NCBI GenBank assembly: GCA_964016885.1
Contig: OZ024755.1
Span: forward strand, 2,790,001 to 2,854,000
Direction of reading: 5' to 3'
DNA: 64,000 bases
Source: Eledone cirrhosa
Taxonomy: Eukaryota
Below, piece by piece: positions 14,957 to 29,863 of this stretch. The position numbers and the translations under genes were made by a program. How positions within the stretch are numbered: position 1 is the stretch's first letter; each line of letters starts with the position of its first letter. The notes beneath the pieces were generated by a model that searched no databases, had not been told where the DNA came from, and saw nothing but the letters and a program-made list of their open reading frames with translations.

Positions 14957-16265
14957 ATTATTTCTGTTTGTTTTGATCACAGCTCCATATAGCAATATCT
15001 CCGACACTCTCTAACGAGACGTTGAATATTGAGTGATAAAATATATTGCCTATATGTCCTAAAACAATGCTGTCTATACTTATGTGGATCTATCTACTAC
15101 TCATTCACACAATCTCATATATAAACACACTTAAACATATACATACACACACAAAATATATGCATAATGCGTACATAAATGTGCGCCCCCGTGTTTGCTA
15201 ATCATAGCTTTACCTGTCACTTCTATCATCTACTTTTATCGTTTCTTCGTCAATTAACAAACATTGAGTCGTTCACACATACATATAATGTAAATATAGG
15301 CAGACAGATTCATATATATGCATATATATGCATACAAAAACCCGCGAATGTTCGTATATAACAGTATTTGTGTGCATATGTGTAGTTGTACACGTGTGTC
15401 TGTTAATTAGTGTAGAAACTGTAAAACTATAGAATGGAAATGGGAGCTAAAGATTTCATAGAAAATAGTAAATTGTATGGAGAATGATAAATACATGATA
15501 AAATATAGTAAAATAAATTCCCTTTCATATTTTTCGGAATGTAAATTAAGTTCTAAAATATATAATTGAAAATGAAAGAGTTAATGTTTACAGCAAGAAA
15601 AATATGATAACAAAATATATTCAAAATTAACGTGTGTTATGTGCGCTGTTTGATAAATAAGAGTGGGGAAATGTAATAGATAAGCTAAAAAATATATAGA
15701 AGTAAGAATAAATATTGTGAAAATGATATGGACGTTATATGGAAACATATTCCGGGTCAAATAATTGGAGTTTGTTAATGAGTAGGAAAGAATAAAAGAA
15801 TATAAATGAGAGAATTTGATGTCGCTGTCGGTATTTCGTATTCCAGGGTAGCTTCAGAATAGTGTAGATAGATGGTAGTTATTCTTATGAGAAATATTCC
15901 TGCGTCGTTTTAGTCGCAGCTAGCAAGCAAGGGAGGCTTGCAGCAGTTCTACTGGATATTGAGACAAATTCCAAGTGTGTGGATGTTAAAAAGCGAGCTC
16001 CTGCATCAATTTAACTTATATACTGGGAATTTATATTAAGCCTTCAGAGTGATTTACCAACGTTTGAATGGGTTTTATAGCTCTTCCTACATTCTAAATT
16101 AGATGGAGACTATAAATAATTATAAGCGTATATCTATCTAACTATCTCTCTCTCTATATATATAAAAGGATCGATCGACTTTCGTCAAATCGGACCGACG
16201 AAACAATGTTTCCGCTGGTTTTTCCAATTGCTAATACTATCTATCGGTCGCAACTCCAGGTAGAA

Positions 16266-16386
16266 GGAGCAACATGAAATAAAGTGTCTTGCTCAAGGAC
16301 ATAACGCATCGCCCGGTCCAGGAATCGAACTCACAACCTCAAGATTGTGAATCCAATTCTCTAACCACTCAGCCACACGCCTTCAC
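16266..16386 (-). mobile_element. tRNA-derived CORE-like SINE, family 2 (5' part)
   Basis: Reverse complement has an A-box (tggctgagtggttaga), a B-box (gagttcgattcc) and ccttgagcaagacactt; homologous to 52127-52399. Confidence 0.85.
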
Positions 16387-16585
16387 ACACACACATTAGG
16401 ACTAACGGTATAGTGTCCTCCAGCAAGATGTTACATATACGTCCAGTAGACTTTCGAAATTAATGTAGACTAAATGTTTAGTGTTTAGTCTGTTCACATT
16501 GTCAGAACACACACATATATACACCCACACACCCACCCACACACACACACACACACTCCCACACCCACACACACACATACACACA

Positions 16586-16641
<56 letters not shown>

Positions 16642-17121
16642 ATGAGATTATCGAACAATTCACTATTTTCGTTGGTAAGAATTTTAAATTATATATATAC
16701 ATGTATGTGTGTTTCACTGTGTGTAATTGTGTCAATGCGTGTGTATGTACTTGTGTCTATGCATGTGTGTGTTGTCTTTGCGTTTTAGATATAGCATGTA
16801 ATCTTCTTAGAGATGCCAAGTGAGAATTTCTGAAACGCATGACATAAGAAATCTGGCTGCCTGTCATATTTATATTTAACAATCTCCGATCTAAAGTGAA
16901 CCACATATTGAAATGTTTGATTTTTATCCGAAGAGGCATCGTTTCGTAAATTCGTCAGAATAGCAGTGTTTATGTATATAACATTTATGGGCCTTCTATG
17001 ACTGCTAAGATTAACATCGTTGATGTTCAATTGGAACATTTCAAGCTCAATGTCTACAAGAAAAATAAGTGACATAATAAAATTACAGAAGAATATTGTT
17101 CACTTCTGAGGTGTATTAATG

Positions 17122-17319
17122 TACGAATGTCGGCTGAAAGGTTCATAGGCTCACCAGGATATTCTTATAGAGTTTCCAAATAAGGTTTATTTTTCGACAG
17201 AGTCCCTGGGAAAAACAATGCATTTATTAATAAAAAGTGAAATTAATGCATGCAAGATTTCACAGCTCTAGCAACATTCCTTCATAGTCAGCCCATGAAT
17301 CATTCAGCCTACTCTCGTA
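17122..17319 (+). mobile_element. Mariner-type MITE
   Basis: Imperfect TIRs tacgaatgtcggctgaaaggttcataggct / agcccatgaatcattcagcctactctcgta with TA at both ends; homologous to 24821, 25514, 29692 and 45602. Confidence 0.85.
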
Positions 17320-17458
17320 TGTGCTAAGTTAGGATGGATTGGAACTTAGCAACTCCAGTGATGTAATATCATACAGCATTATATGTTGTCTGGCGTTCTC
17401 CTGCTTCATGTATGTGCATTAAAAAAAAGTCAATATCGCTGAACGATCAAGTGCTCTT

Positions 17459-17504
17459 GATCAGCGTTCAAGATCAGCGCTCAAGATCAGCGTTCAAGAT
17501 CAGC
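17459..17504. repeat. 13-bp tandem repeat (gatcagcgttcaa), ~3.5 copies
   Basis: Visible directly. Confidence 0.9.
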
Positions 17505-18254
17505 TGCTTAGAAGCAAATAGAGAAATGATATCCCAAATGATTTCAAAACCAACATTACCAATAACTCTCTAATCAGTAAACTGAGTACTCCAAAATAGA
17601 GAAATACTTTAATTATTAGCATTTCACAAAACTAATGCACATACACACATGCACACACACTCACACACACTCACTCACTCACACACACACACTCACACAC
17701 ACAAACATATATAGACCCATAGACAAGCCAACAACAAAAAATGCATGTTGTATTTTAATATGCGAATGTCGCAGAAATAAATGCCATCTTGTAATTTTAT
17801 AGTTTATTTTGTTCAAGAAATTAGAAATGTATAAACCTCAGATGTTTTCATAAAACAAAAGTGGTGGTGAGGAATGAAACCAGAATTTACACTTCCTAGC
17901 TCGAATTTCAATTGAAACCGAATAAACACAATAATTTTAGACTTTCCAATAGTAATTAAAAATACTTTTAATATTGAATCGCGTATTAATTTCAATGGAA
18001 TTTTCTCATTTAGATTTATTCAGCAAAATATTTTTCTGTGAGTCCAACTGCACCACCACCCGAATTGATTAGAAGCTTAAGAAAATATTATAGCCTCTAG
18101 CCTCATTAATTTGAAATCTCAAACCGGAGATTAACAGAAAAAAACTATTAAAAGAAATAGAAATGATAAAATGTTTTGCATCGTTTATAGAGCGATTAGC
18201 AAACATCGATGGACCAACCTTGAAATCCACTGCCGTATGGAGTAGCAGGCAAAA

Positions 18255-18411
18255 TATTGTGCTTAGTATCATATATACCCATACACACTCTCACGCACAC
18301 ACATGTATATTGTGCTTAGTATCATATATACCCATAAACACTCACATGTACACACATGTATATTGTGCTTAGTATCATATATACCCATACATATTTTCAC
18401 GTACACACATG
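18255..18411. repeat. 53-bp tandem repeat, 3 copies
   Basis: tattgtgcttagtatcatatatacccata recurs at 18255, 18308 and 18361. Confidence 0.92.
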
Positions 18412-19104
18412 CATTCTCTCCCTATCTTGCGGTCACTTTTGTATCTCTCTTTCTCTATATTTCTCTCTCTTTCTCCCCTCTCTCTCTCTCTCTCTCTCTC
18501 ATTGTCTCTCTCTCTCTGCACGTCCCATTCACACAATCATAGACACGCTCACTCACACACATTTGCACACAACACGGCCAGTACATTTAAACATTAACAT
18601 AAAGCAATACAGAAGAGTGAGGTGAGAGAGTGAAAGAGTTAGAGAGAGAGAGTGAGAGAGAGAGAGTGAGAGTGAGAGAGACAGAGAGAGAGAGAGAGAG
18701 ATGATCATACAGGCATGCATACGCACTTATATAAATATAATCCTTGACTAAAAAATATTGGAATATTTCGCGCTTCCAAACAAGTGTATAGAGCGTCAGT
18801 AATTAAATGCACGTCAGCTGCAGGTCTTAGTATCAAATATCCGGTATTCCAAGACAAACTTAAGACTTCATCTTCTCAGTGCTTCACCATTTTTATTTTT
18901 ATAGAATGTTAGAAGGGAGACAGGAAAAGGTTCTTTAATATAAATAATCTTACCCATATTTGGAACTAACTAGGAAGCACACAACCGAGTAGAATGAATG
19001 TATAAACAAATCCACATGCACACATGCACATACACACATGCTTATATACACATGCTTATACACACATGCACATACAGATATTCTCAGAAAGACACACACA
19101 GAGA

Positions 19105-19335
19105 ACACTTTACTGCACGTTACTCCAGTTCACTCAGGTGTAGAAATAAGTTGCGACTTCACTGGTACCAAGATGTATCGGTCTTTTCCTTTCACTTGGA
19201 AAACATCGGTTGTGTGAAGAGAGGCGATTGGTATGTATGGGTGACTGTTCATATTCCATAGAAAACCACGTTATCTGAGGGGTACTTTTAACGTGTAAAG
19301 CCCAGGGTCATTCCTGACTGCAGGGCGTCTTTACT

Positions 19336-19338
<3 letters not shown>
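19105..19338 (+). mobile_element. 5'-truncated CORE-like SINE (core plus 3' tail)
   Basis: acactttactgcacgttactccagttcactcaggtgtagaaataag matches the core of 52127-52399. Confidence 0.7.
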
Positions 19339-19394
<56 letters not shown>

Positions 19395-19395
<1 letters not shown>

Positions 19396-19554
19396 TATTT
19401 TTAACTGTTGTTCAATCAATTATGAACATTGATTGCCAAATAAATTAACTATGGAGATATAAAAGACACAGGAGCGAAAACCAACCAAACAGTGAGTGTG
19501 TTCTGTTATTATTTCTGGCAATATTATTCCAACAATATGACCCTCCCCAAGTAT

Positions 19555-19560
<6 letters not shown>
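19395..19560. mobile_element. Repeat family B, linear copy in (TA)n
   Basis: Homologous to 1177-1338; (TA)n on both sides. Confidence 0.8.
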
Positions 19561-19601
<41 letters not shown>

Positions 19602-19710
19602 CACACACACATTTTATAGCCTTCCGATCGAACCACAATGAAAATAAACATCCTCACTGCGCCTTTCACACAGGAAAGCCTTACATAAAGATATGTCCTC
19701 AACTCCATCA

Positions 19711-19763
<53 letters not shown>

Positions 19764-19764
<1 letters not shown>

Positions 19765-19946
19765 CGAAGGAAATGTGGTAAGGAACCAGGTGGACCATAA
19801 CGCACCAAAGTACTCAATACTTGGGGTAGTAGAGTGGGTAATAGGAACCAGTAAGACCCCGACAGCTGAGCTCAAGCCGTTTCGACGGCTAATTCAGAAT
19901 TAGCCGTCGAAACGGCTTGAGCTCAGCTGTCGGGGTCTTACTGGTT

Positions 19947-19951
<5 letters not shown>
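19764..19951. mobile_element. Repeat family A with a perfect 55-bp-arm terminal palindrome (19841-19951)
   Basis: The 5' part (tgtggtaaggaaccaggtggaccataacgcacc..agtactcaatactt) is shared with 28103 and 29864; palindrome centred on 19896; flanked by (TA)n. Confidence 0.85.
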
Positions 19952-20003
<52 letters not shown>

Positions 20004-21999
20004 TATGCACAGGTTTGCTTGTCGAACTCTGAACGAAGATTAAATATGATTGGAAACATCACCTCATAAGAGATCTATGAAATCCCACATCCTGGGTAAT
20101 CATATCATTTCTTATTCACCAATACACCATTGTAGCTAGTTTGAAGGGTTGATATGTAGACAATGCTTAAGAAAATGAAGTGTATATGTAAATTTATAAG
20201 ACGTCTCTGTTTGCATCAGATACATTCACAGGTAGATGAAAACTTTCGTCGGTTAGTTTAAATAGGTATACTGACATCATGAATCACGAGAAAGACGGCT
20301 GTAAAATGATATTTGAATCAATATTCAGTAACGCAATGCTTTCTCATGCAAATTGCAATCCATCAAACATTTAATTGCAGTTTCTGTCCCTGAAAATGTA
20401 TTACTATAGGCGGTAAGGTGTCATGGGAAGAACATATGTAACCCACTGCACATAGATTTCAGACACTACACTAAATCTAGATATAGAGAGTGGTATCATT
20501 TAAAATGCATCAGATAGAATGTTCTGGCAAGGCAAATCAATCGCAAACAGCACATGTCAGGATCAATTCTTTTGATGGAACAGAAGCTCCAAAGACACCT
20601 ACTAACAGCTTATACAAGAGAAGATAGATTTCTATAGCAGGATTAATCTAGAAAATGGATAAAACCTACGGAAAAGAGAAATATGATGTAATTCATTGCG
20701 CAAGAAATATTACATTGAGTTCTGAGCTCACTCCCAAAATTCCAGCAAAGACAAACATGTTTCTATACTCTGCTATGAAAATATATTTAGAATCTGAAAT
20801 ATTTCCTGAAATCTGAAATCGTTTCCTCTAATAAATACACGAAACCAGTGACTGATTCGTTCGTTGAACTAAATGTTTAAGTTTTAAATTTTCTAATTAC
20901 GTTTCTCTGACTGAATGTTTGTACGTACATATCTATGCAGGTAATCTCTTATCTATGTGTAAACATACATGTTAGTGAGACAATACTTTAATGTACGCAT
21001 ATGTGACGTGATGCACATGTATCACGATATATACAAATATACACACAAGCACATACACTCACCTTATATATATATATATACATACATAAAGAGAAAGAAA
21101 GAGGGAGAGAGAGAGCATGACTCTGGTGCTGAGGCCTGTGAGACACTTATTATGGGGGTACTCAATACGGGGGGAGATGCTGAACACGCAAGCCGAAACT
21201 TCATGGCGCTGCGATCGATATTCTGCCTATCTCAGTCTATATGTATGTACGTATGTATTTATGTGTGTTTAGTCTGATAGGTATGTAGTCTTGTAAGCTG
21301 GTAAATAGTTAGATAGGCTGACATTCATATAAAACACAATTCTACACAAGTTTTATCGATATGTGGTACTTTTAATAAAACTTTCCATGTTAAGTTTTAT
21401 ATCAGAATACATTCTCTGTTGGAGAAGAGTTGGCAACGTATATTCATCTCTCTAATATTGGAGTAAATGTCAGTTTAATATCATTTCATTTTTTTAAACA
21501 GTAGATTCGTTTCATTCTTCTTATTGTTTATATTTCATATAATATTCTGTGAAAATCATAGAATATATGTTTTATATTCCTTGTACAGAAACCCGATCTG
21601 ATAATCACATAAACTATATATAAGAACGAATAAAAAACGTAAAGTCCCGCACCTTTACACAAGAAACATACACGGTTATTCACACATTACTATACATACA
21701 TACCTAAATATGTTTTCGTTTGTTGTGGGGTCTATAGTAATGAAAATACACTAACACACACACACACACAGAGGCACAAGCACACGCACACACACACACA
21801 CACATACACATATATATATATATACACACACACAAACACACGTGTGTGTATATTGATATGTTTGCACCGACAATGTTTATGTATGTGTATATGAATATAT
21901 ATTTGTTTATATGTATACATATTCGTTTACGTATATATATATATGTGTGTCTGTGTGATGTGTGTGTGTGTGTTTTATCTATTGTGTTCGTTTACGTAT

Positions 22000-22109
<110 letters not shown>

Positions 22110-22210
22110 AGATTGTGACTATATAAAAATTGCTAAGAAACCGTTTGTTCTATCGAAAAAGAAATTCATTAAAAATGCCATATTACTGACGCAAACAACC
22201 ACACACATAT

Positions 22211-22287
<77 letters not shown>

Positions 22288-24820
22288 AATACATTACATA
22301 CTCATTCATATAGCAATACACCCATGCATACAACCACTCACATGAAAGCAATATATATATAAATAACGGATAAAATGTTCATTTTCTTTTTCGGTTAAAA
22401 ACTTAAACATCTTTTGAAGACTTTTTCTCTCTATAATTCCTACAAACGGTACCATCTTACCAATCATAAACAACATTACCCCCTATATTACTACTACTAC
22501 CACCGCCACCCACAACAACATCCCACTCCTCACCACTATCATTACAACTACTACTACTATCTCCACCACCAATAGAACAATTTGTACCACAAACATCACG
22601 ATAATCATAACCACAGGTTGAACCTATTAGTGGTTGATTGGTCTGCGAAAAATAGCAGAGAATGTTCTCCTCAAAATTCAGCCTTTTGTCTCAAAGAAAG
22701 GATGTGTTAGATAATATATATTTATATACTCTACAGCTTAACAATTTGAATACGTTGTAATGAATACTAGCATATATAATATACCAACTACGTCACCCTC
22801 TTAGTGGTGGTTTGATCTGCAAGAATTAGCAGCCAAAACTCCCTTAAAAAGAGCATTTTGGAAAATATAGTCCCTGTTTTAATAATAATCGAATTGCTCA
22901 GGTTTTGAACGTTTTTATATCAGGCCTACTGGACCAGGTTTTAATCAGTGCTAAACAAGAACAACAACACCAACAAGAACAACAACAATTATAAAGATAT
23001 TACAAACAATAACTACCGACACACCTCTCACACCGACATTCAATACATTCAATAAAATAAAATCACCTCGTCAACATTATGAGGCAGAGCAACGACACCG
23101 CAACTATAAACTACTAGTCAAACCAACAATAAATAATACAAACAACATAACAGCAACTACAATAACTATCATAACATAAAATTCAAATATTAATACAACA
23201 ACAACAACAACAATTACAACAATGATTGCCGAATATCACCAACCAACAAATAATTTTATATTATAAAGAAACATGAAAGAACTCAAAATTTTCTATTCAC
23301 TTCAATAAGTCAATTGTCGCTGTGAAAGGGTCTGTGAGTATCATTCTATACATCTGTGTTTCAATGTTTCCCTCTACGTTTTTATATGTATTATTTTAGC
23401 TGTACTTTCTATACACAATATAGAGTCACTTAGACAATTTCCTTTCAATAAAAACACTACTACGTCTATAACAAAAAAATATATGAGGATAAAAATTTAA
23501 AAAATAAAAGCGATAATAAATATATTGACGCACTTGAATATAAGAATCTATAATAGCATTCTCCTTGTCACGATATATATATATGAATGTTATGCTTTCA
23601 AAAATATGTTTAACTACGCAAATTGAAGACATCGAATAAAATGAAGTAATTTCGAGCTTTACGCTTTTAACAACCTTAACATTTTACTGGACTTTCGTCC
23701 GTGACAACGAGTGTTCCAGTATTTTCGATTGGTGCAACAGCCCGCCTATGAACATAACAAGCAAGTGACTGAACAGACCATACAAGTGACATACATTGCC
23801 TCTCTAACGACTGCCAGTTCGATCTCTCTCCTCTTGCCATATGTACATTTAAGACTTTGTTTACCAGTGACTGAAATCTTTTGCTCGCTAGGTTTTTATT
23901 AGTTAAGGTATTCATACTCTGAAAATTAACCAACACAACTCTAACGTACTTATTCCTTGTTGGCTATTGTACTCTCTTAGAAAATGTCATTCATTACACC
24001 AATGGAACTAAGTACATAATGAGATCTTTAAAAACAACTGAGATTGTAATCTTATCTCTTATAGTTCTGAAATATATTCGTGGAGCCTCGAAGCTTTTTG
24101 GCAATTGTGGTCCGCCAAACTTGAGAGTTTCTGTGTGGCGACGGACAGCTGAATGCCTTCCTTTCGTCTGAGTGATGATTAAGATTGTTTGGCTTTCATA
24201 AGTGTACGTCCCTTGTCCGTGAGTGAGGCTTTGCATGTGTATGAATTTCATACATAAATAGGTGCCTTTTAGTGACTGCACAAACACTCATACGATATAG
24301 ATACAAATACACACACACAAATATATATATACATATATATGAAGTATATTTTCTTCAAAATATGAAATATTTGTGTTTCTTCCAAGAAAATAGATATGAT
24401 CTGATAATAATTAGTTTATCTTCAGAGGAGGAATTTAGAGGTGCCTAGCCATATTGTAAGAAAACAAGACAGGGATGATGGAGGACGGGTGTGTTTGACT
24501 TTGGTGCCATTTAGGCGGACAGTTCTGTCAGTAAGTTCAATTAATTTCAAACTCTCGAGTTATGAACAAATATATTACTAAATATGATGCTGTCTATATA
24601 TTTATAATAACTACACGAATGACTATAAAATAATTAGAAAAACACTAAAAATGTTTGTAGGGAAATGTAAGCTAGGATCACAAAAGAATGGAAGGGTGAA
24701 GGGGTAGGGTGATGGGCTCTGGGCCTCTAGCGCTAAACAATAACTTCATCATATATTCTAGAATATATTGAATAACTGAAAATAGTGTTGTAAAATCCTA
24801 TTAATTTTTATAGATAAGAT

Positions 24821-25038
24821 TACGAGCATTAGCTGAAAAGGTCACATGCTGAAACATTCATAGGCTGACCAAGATACTCCCATGGAATGACCAAATGAGA
24901 TTTATTTTTCAACATTATCTCTGGAAAGAAAAAATGCAGTTATTAATGAGAAAAGTTGAAATTGATGCATGCAAGATTTCCCAGCTCTAGCATCACTCCT
25001 TCATAATCAGCCTATGAACTATTCAGCCGAACCTCGTA
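24821..25038 (+). mobile_element. Mariner-type MITE
   Basis: tacgag..gctgaa..ttcataggctga / tcagcctatgaactattcagccgaacctcgta; TA ends. Confidence 0.85.
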
Positions 25039-25513
25039 TGTAATATTTTCCATATTGGCTTTTGGAATTAGTTCACAGATTTCCAAGTATTAGATTAGAA
25101 AAGTATATGCAAGATATAGCAGATGTATGATTTTTCAATGTCACAGTAACTTTACCGTAGAACGAATCATATAAAGTGTCATTGTAAACCTAGATTTAGT
25201 TTCTACAGAGAAACGTATGACTGTATAAGCTGGAACACCAATCATCATGTCTACTGTTTAATATTGATCGGTAGCCAAAATACAACAAAGCATTTAAGAC
25301 GAAGAGAGTTCTTTCTTCATACATACGGATATTGTTTGTGTTACTTAAATACAGTATATTTCAGTGTAAAGAACTACACGTGTTCCTTATAGCTGTCGTT
25401 TGATCGTATGAGATAAAAGTAGGGCAAAATGATGAAAGGAAATCTGTTTTACCGAACGTAGGGTGATATCAGATGGAAATGTTGCTGCTATTTCTATCAA
25501 AGTTTGATCATAA

Positions 25514-25783
25514 TACGAAGGTCGGTTGGAAAAGTTCATAGGCTGACTATGAAGGATTGATGTGAAATCTTGCAGGCATTAATGTCAACTTTTCATATTA
25601 ATATCTGCATTGTTTCGTTCCAAGGACTATATTGAAAAACAAACCTCATTTGGTCATTCCATGAGAGTATCTTGGTCAGCCTACGAACATTTCAATCAAC
25701 CCTTGTATGTTGAAAAATAAACCTCATTTGGTCATTCCATGAGAGTATCTTGGTCAGCCTAACTTTTTTAGGCAACCCTTATA
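25514..25783 (-). mobile_element. Mariner-type MITE (25514-25707) plus tandem duplicate of one end (25708-25783)
   Basis: Reverse orientation of the same family; aaacctcatttggtcattccatgagagtatcttggtcagccta occurs twice. Confidence 0.85.
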
Positions 25784-26504
25784 TGTTATTCAGTTTGTTG
25801 GTTATTTCATTGATGGATTACTAGTTTAGAGTGTTAATAATTCGTGTGATTATTATACATTTCACAGAATAGAGATCACTGACTCACAGCAAATGTTATC
25901 ATTTTCTAGACCTATCAAGGAACGTAACATATTTTTTAAATATTTATTTACCCACGAACATATATTTACACATAAACAAAATTCATTTATTTGTATATAG
26001 CTATGTATATTTTACAAAATTGTTTTTATATAGCATATTATATATTTCGATTTTACGAAATATTTTCGATTGTATATTGTATATTTAAGATTATATATTT
26101 ATTGTATGCGTTATGTTATAGAATATATTTATTTTTTTTGCTACAATACAATAAAATATTTTCTTTTTTCGTCGATTCATCATTTACTATTTTTTATATA
26201 TTTATTATTTCTTCTACTACATTTTTTCTGATGCATTCGTTTTATTTTATTTTATTTCCTTTTTTTGCATTCCAAATTATACTCGTTTTGTGCCGTAACG
26301 ACAATGTTATGTAATACATTATTTATACAAACACATATGAAAGCATTCAGCCGTATATATACGAGTAAATATATATAGATTTACACTGAAGTATGTGCGT
26401 GTTTGAAAGTGAAGATCATCTTGGCACACGTATGTGTTTTTCACATGGAAATTTGCCGGATTTCATATCGAATGATTCATGACGTGAAGATACAACAAAT
26501 TTAA

Positions 26505-27088
<584 letters not shown>

Positions 27089-27152
27089 GTTTATACACCT
27101 ATAAACCCCTAAGTAAATATATAGTAAGCACGCACAGTCCATTTCTATTTGT

Positions 27153-27187
<35 letters not shown>

Positions 27188-27304
27188 TCATGTATTTAAG
27201 AAATATATATTTATACACTCACCACACGTGAAGTGCGTGTATGAATAGAAGTGAACATTAAAGAATCTTAAGTTGCACGCCACGTCTATATAAATATACA
27301 CACG

Positions 27305-27345
<41 letters not shown>

Positions 27346-27835
27346 AATTTGAAAAGACAGAAAAGAAAACAATAAGAAATATGAAAAATCCACTTTTCCG
27401 AAGCAGAGGATATTAAGAGAGGACAGAAATAAAAGTATCATATACTATTAACAGGTTTAACAGCAGAACGACAGAAAACTGTATAATACACGTAGGTGGA
27501 AGAATAGAAGGAAGGTCGGGGGCGTTGGAGGATAAAAGGGAAAGATGGTGGATCGCACGAATGAGCGAAAGAATGGCGGACGTGTTTGAAAATAAGCAAA
27601 CTGTGAAAGTTATAGAAAATGGACAAGAAATTGAATGAATGAACGAGCGAGTGAAAGAATGAATGAGCAAATGGCTGGTTAAATAAACGAAAGATATAAT
27701 GAATGAAAGTTACAAAACTATGTATCACCGAAGAAGGGACTTAGAATGAAAATAATTCAGTGAATAAATTTAAGAATGAATAAATAAATAGATGAATAAA
27801 TCAATAAATGAAAGATTTAAAGAAGGAAAAATAAG

Positions 27836-28023
27836 TGTTTCTACTTTTGGCACAAGGCCAGCAATTATCCCAGTGTATTACTGGTACTTTGTCTTTCATC
27901 CTTATGGGGTCGATAAAATAAAGTTAACCTCGGCGGGATTAGAACTCAGACCATAAAGGGCCATCACTCTTTGCTGCAAAGCATGGCGTCCGACCCTCGA
28001 CCGATACTGCCAATCCATCGCCC
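27836..28023 (-). mobile_element. Full-length SINE family 1 with an internal micro-inversion
   Basis: Reverse complement of 14768-14956 except 27891-27919, which is in plus orientation; degenerate TSD ttaaagaa(g/a)g(a/g)aaataa. Confidence 0.88.
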
Positions 28024-28102
28024 TTAAAGAAAGGAAAATAATGGTTTCTGATTTAGCACTGGGCCAATAATTTTGGGGAGGGTGAAAGTTGAAAGAAGAG
28101 GC

Positions 28103-28269
28103 TGTGGTAAGAAAGCAGGTGGACCACAACTCACCAGAGTACTTGATACTTAGGGTAATATGAAAACAGTCAGGACCTCGACGGCTGAGCTCCGGCCGTT
28201 TCGACAGCTAGATCCGAACTAGCTGTCGAAACGGCCGGAGCTCAGCCGCCGGGGTCCTGACTCTTTTCA
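28103..28269. mobile_element. Repeat family A with terminal palindrome (28161-28269)
   Basis: agtcaggacctcgacggctgagctccggccgtttcgacagctag / ctagctgtcgaaacggccggagctcagccgccggggtcctgact. Confidence 0.85.
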
Positions 28270-28286
28270 CCCCCCCCCCCCCCCAC

Positions 28287-28336
<50 letters not shown>

Positions 28337-29034
28337 GATAAAGAAAGTGTGTGAGAGATAAGCAGAAGGTGATGGAGAGAGAAAAAGTGTCACTTTTGAA
28401 TTCTTGTAAAATTGTTTCTGCGGATAAGACTTCATTTGAACTGGAGTCTCCAAGATGGTAGTATCCATTATTTTATAATTATTATTTATAAAAGTGAAAA
28501 GCGAATGTGTAGTATTAGTAGTAGCAGGAGAAGAAGGGGGTTGTAGTGAAAATGTTAAATAGGGTGCTTAGGGAAGGAAATTCGATGTTCAATAACGCGT
28601 TTCAAGAAGCAAGAAAGAAAGGTGTTTGAATTTAAACTTAAAAAAAAAATTAATATCCATAGCAGCTACAAATTAACATAGATAACGGCTGTAGTGTTTA
28701 GTGAGCTGCCTATTGTGATAGACGTTTATAGAAAGTTATAGGAATGATGAGTTTTAATTCAAAGCACAATTTTCTGAGAGTAATTATTGGTTATCTAATA
28801 CCATATGAAAGAAGCAGGGACAATGCTTGGAGGCTTCAGAAAATATTGCTATAAAAAACTTCATTTTAATCTGAATATTAAGGGGATATTTAATAATATG
28901 TATATATTCCTAATACAACGTAACTCTTGGATGTATGTAAGCAGGTTATGCATATAACTTTTAAATATTTTCCTTGAAGTCTCGCTTCGATTGTCCACTT
29001 TCTGCTGCTGTTGCTGCTACTACTACCACCACTA

Positions 29035-29340
29035 CTTCTTCTTCTTAGAATTTTTCTTTTTCTTCTTCTTAGAATTTTTCTTTTTCTTCTTCTTAGAATT
29101 TTTCTTTTTCTTCTTCTTAGAATTTTTCTTTTTCTTCTTCTTAGAATTTTTCTTTTTCTTCTTCTTAGAATTTTTCTTCTTCTTCTTCTTAGAATTTTCT
29201 TCTTCTTCTTAGAATTTTTCTTCTTAGAATGTTTCTTCTTCTTCTTAGAATTTTCTTCTTCTTCTTAGAATTTTTCTTCTTCTTCTTAGAATTTTTCTTC
29301 TTAGAATGTTTCTTCTTCTTAGAATTTTTCTTTTTCTTCT
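29035..29340. repeat. ~24-bp pyrimidine-rich minisatellite (cttcttcttagaatttttcttttt)
   Basis: ttagaattttt recurs every 24 bp, then degenerates. Confidence 0.93.
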
Positions 29341-29592
29341 TTTTATTCGACTTCTATTTCTTCGTCTTCTACTTTTTCTTTGTAGTTTCTTCTTCTTCGT
29401 CGTCTTATTCTTTGTCGTCTTCTTCGTTTTGTCGCTTTCGTCTACTTCACGTATATCAAACAGTACATCGTTCAAATCCTCTCTTCAGACGAGATCCTAA
29501 GTAACGAAACAACCAATTTGCAAAACGTAAACTGTAAATAATTAAACGTAAAATACTTTGCCTTTTACTGTTACTGGTTTATATATATATAC

Positions 29593-29644
<52 letters not shown>

Positions 29645-29691
29645 AATACTTCCAATAACCTCGTCAATATATATATAGATAGATATATACA

Positions 29692-29831
29692 TTCGAGGGT
29701 AGGCTGAAAAGTCCAAGATACTCTCATGGAATGATCAAATTAGGTTTATTTTTCAACATGCATGAAAGATATCACAGCTCTGGCATCATTCCATAAGAAT
29801 CTGCCTACGAATGTGTCAGCCAACATACGTG
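29692..29831 (+). mobile_element. Internally deleted mariner-type MITE
   Basis: cgagggtaggctgaaaagt, ccaagatactctcatggaatga, ggtttatttttcaaca and cacagctct are shared with the family. Confidence 0.75.
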
Positions 29832-29863
29832 TACATATATATGTATGGGTGTGTATGTATATA

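Noticed and set aside
16930-16965. Minus-strand CTGACGA-atttac-GAAA
   Set aside because: No stem II, stem III or stem I pairing.
23676-24287. Two non-repetitive minus-strand ORFs (86 and 97 aa)
   Set aside because: No recognisable homology or exon chain; lengths are within chance expectation.
29455-29510. agtacatcgttc shared with the array ribozyme, plus a nearby CTGAAGA on the minus strand
   Set aside because: Only a 12-bp match with no complete fold.
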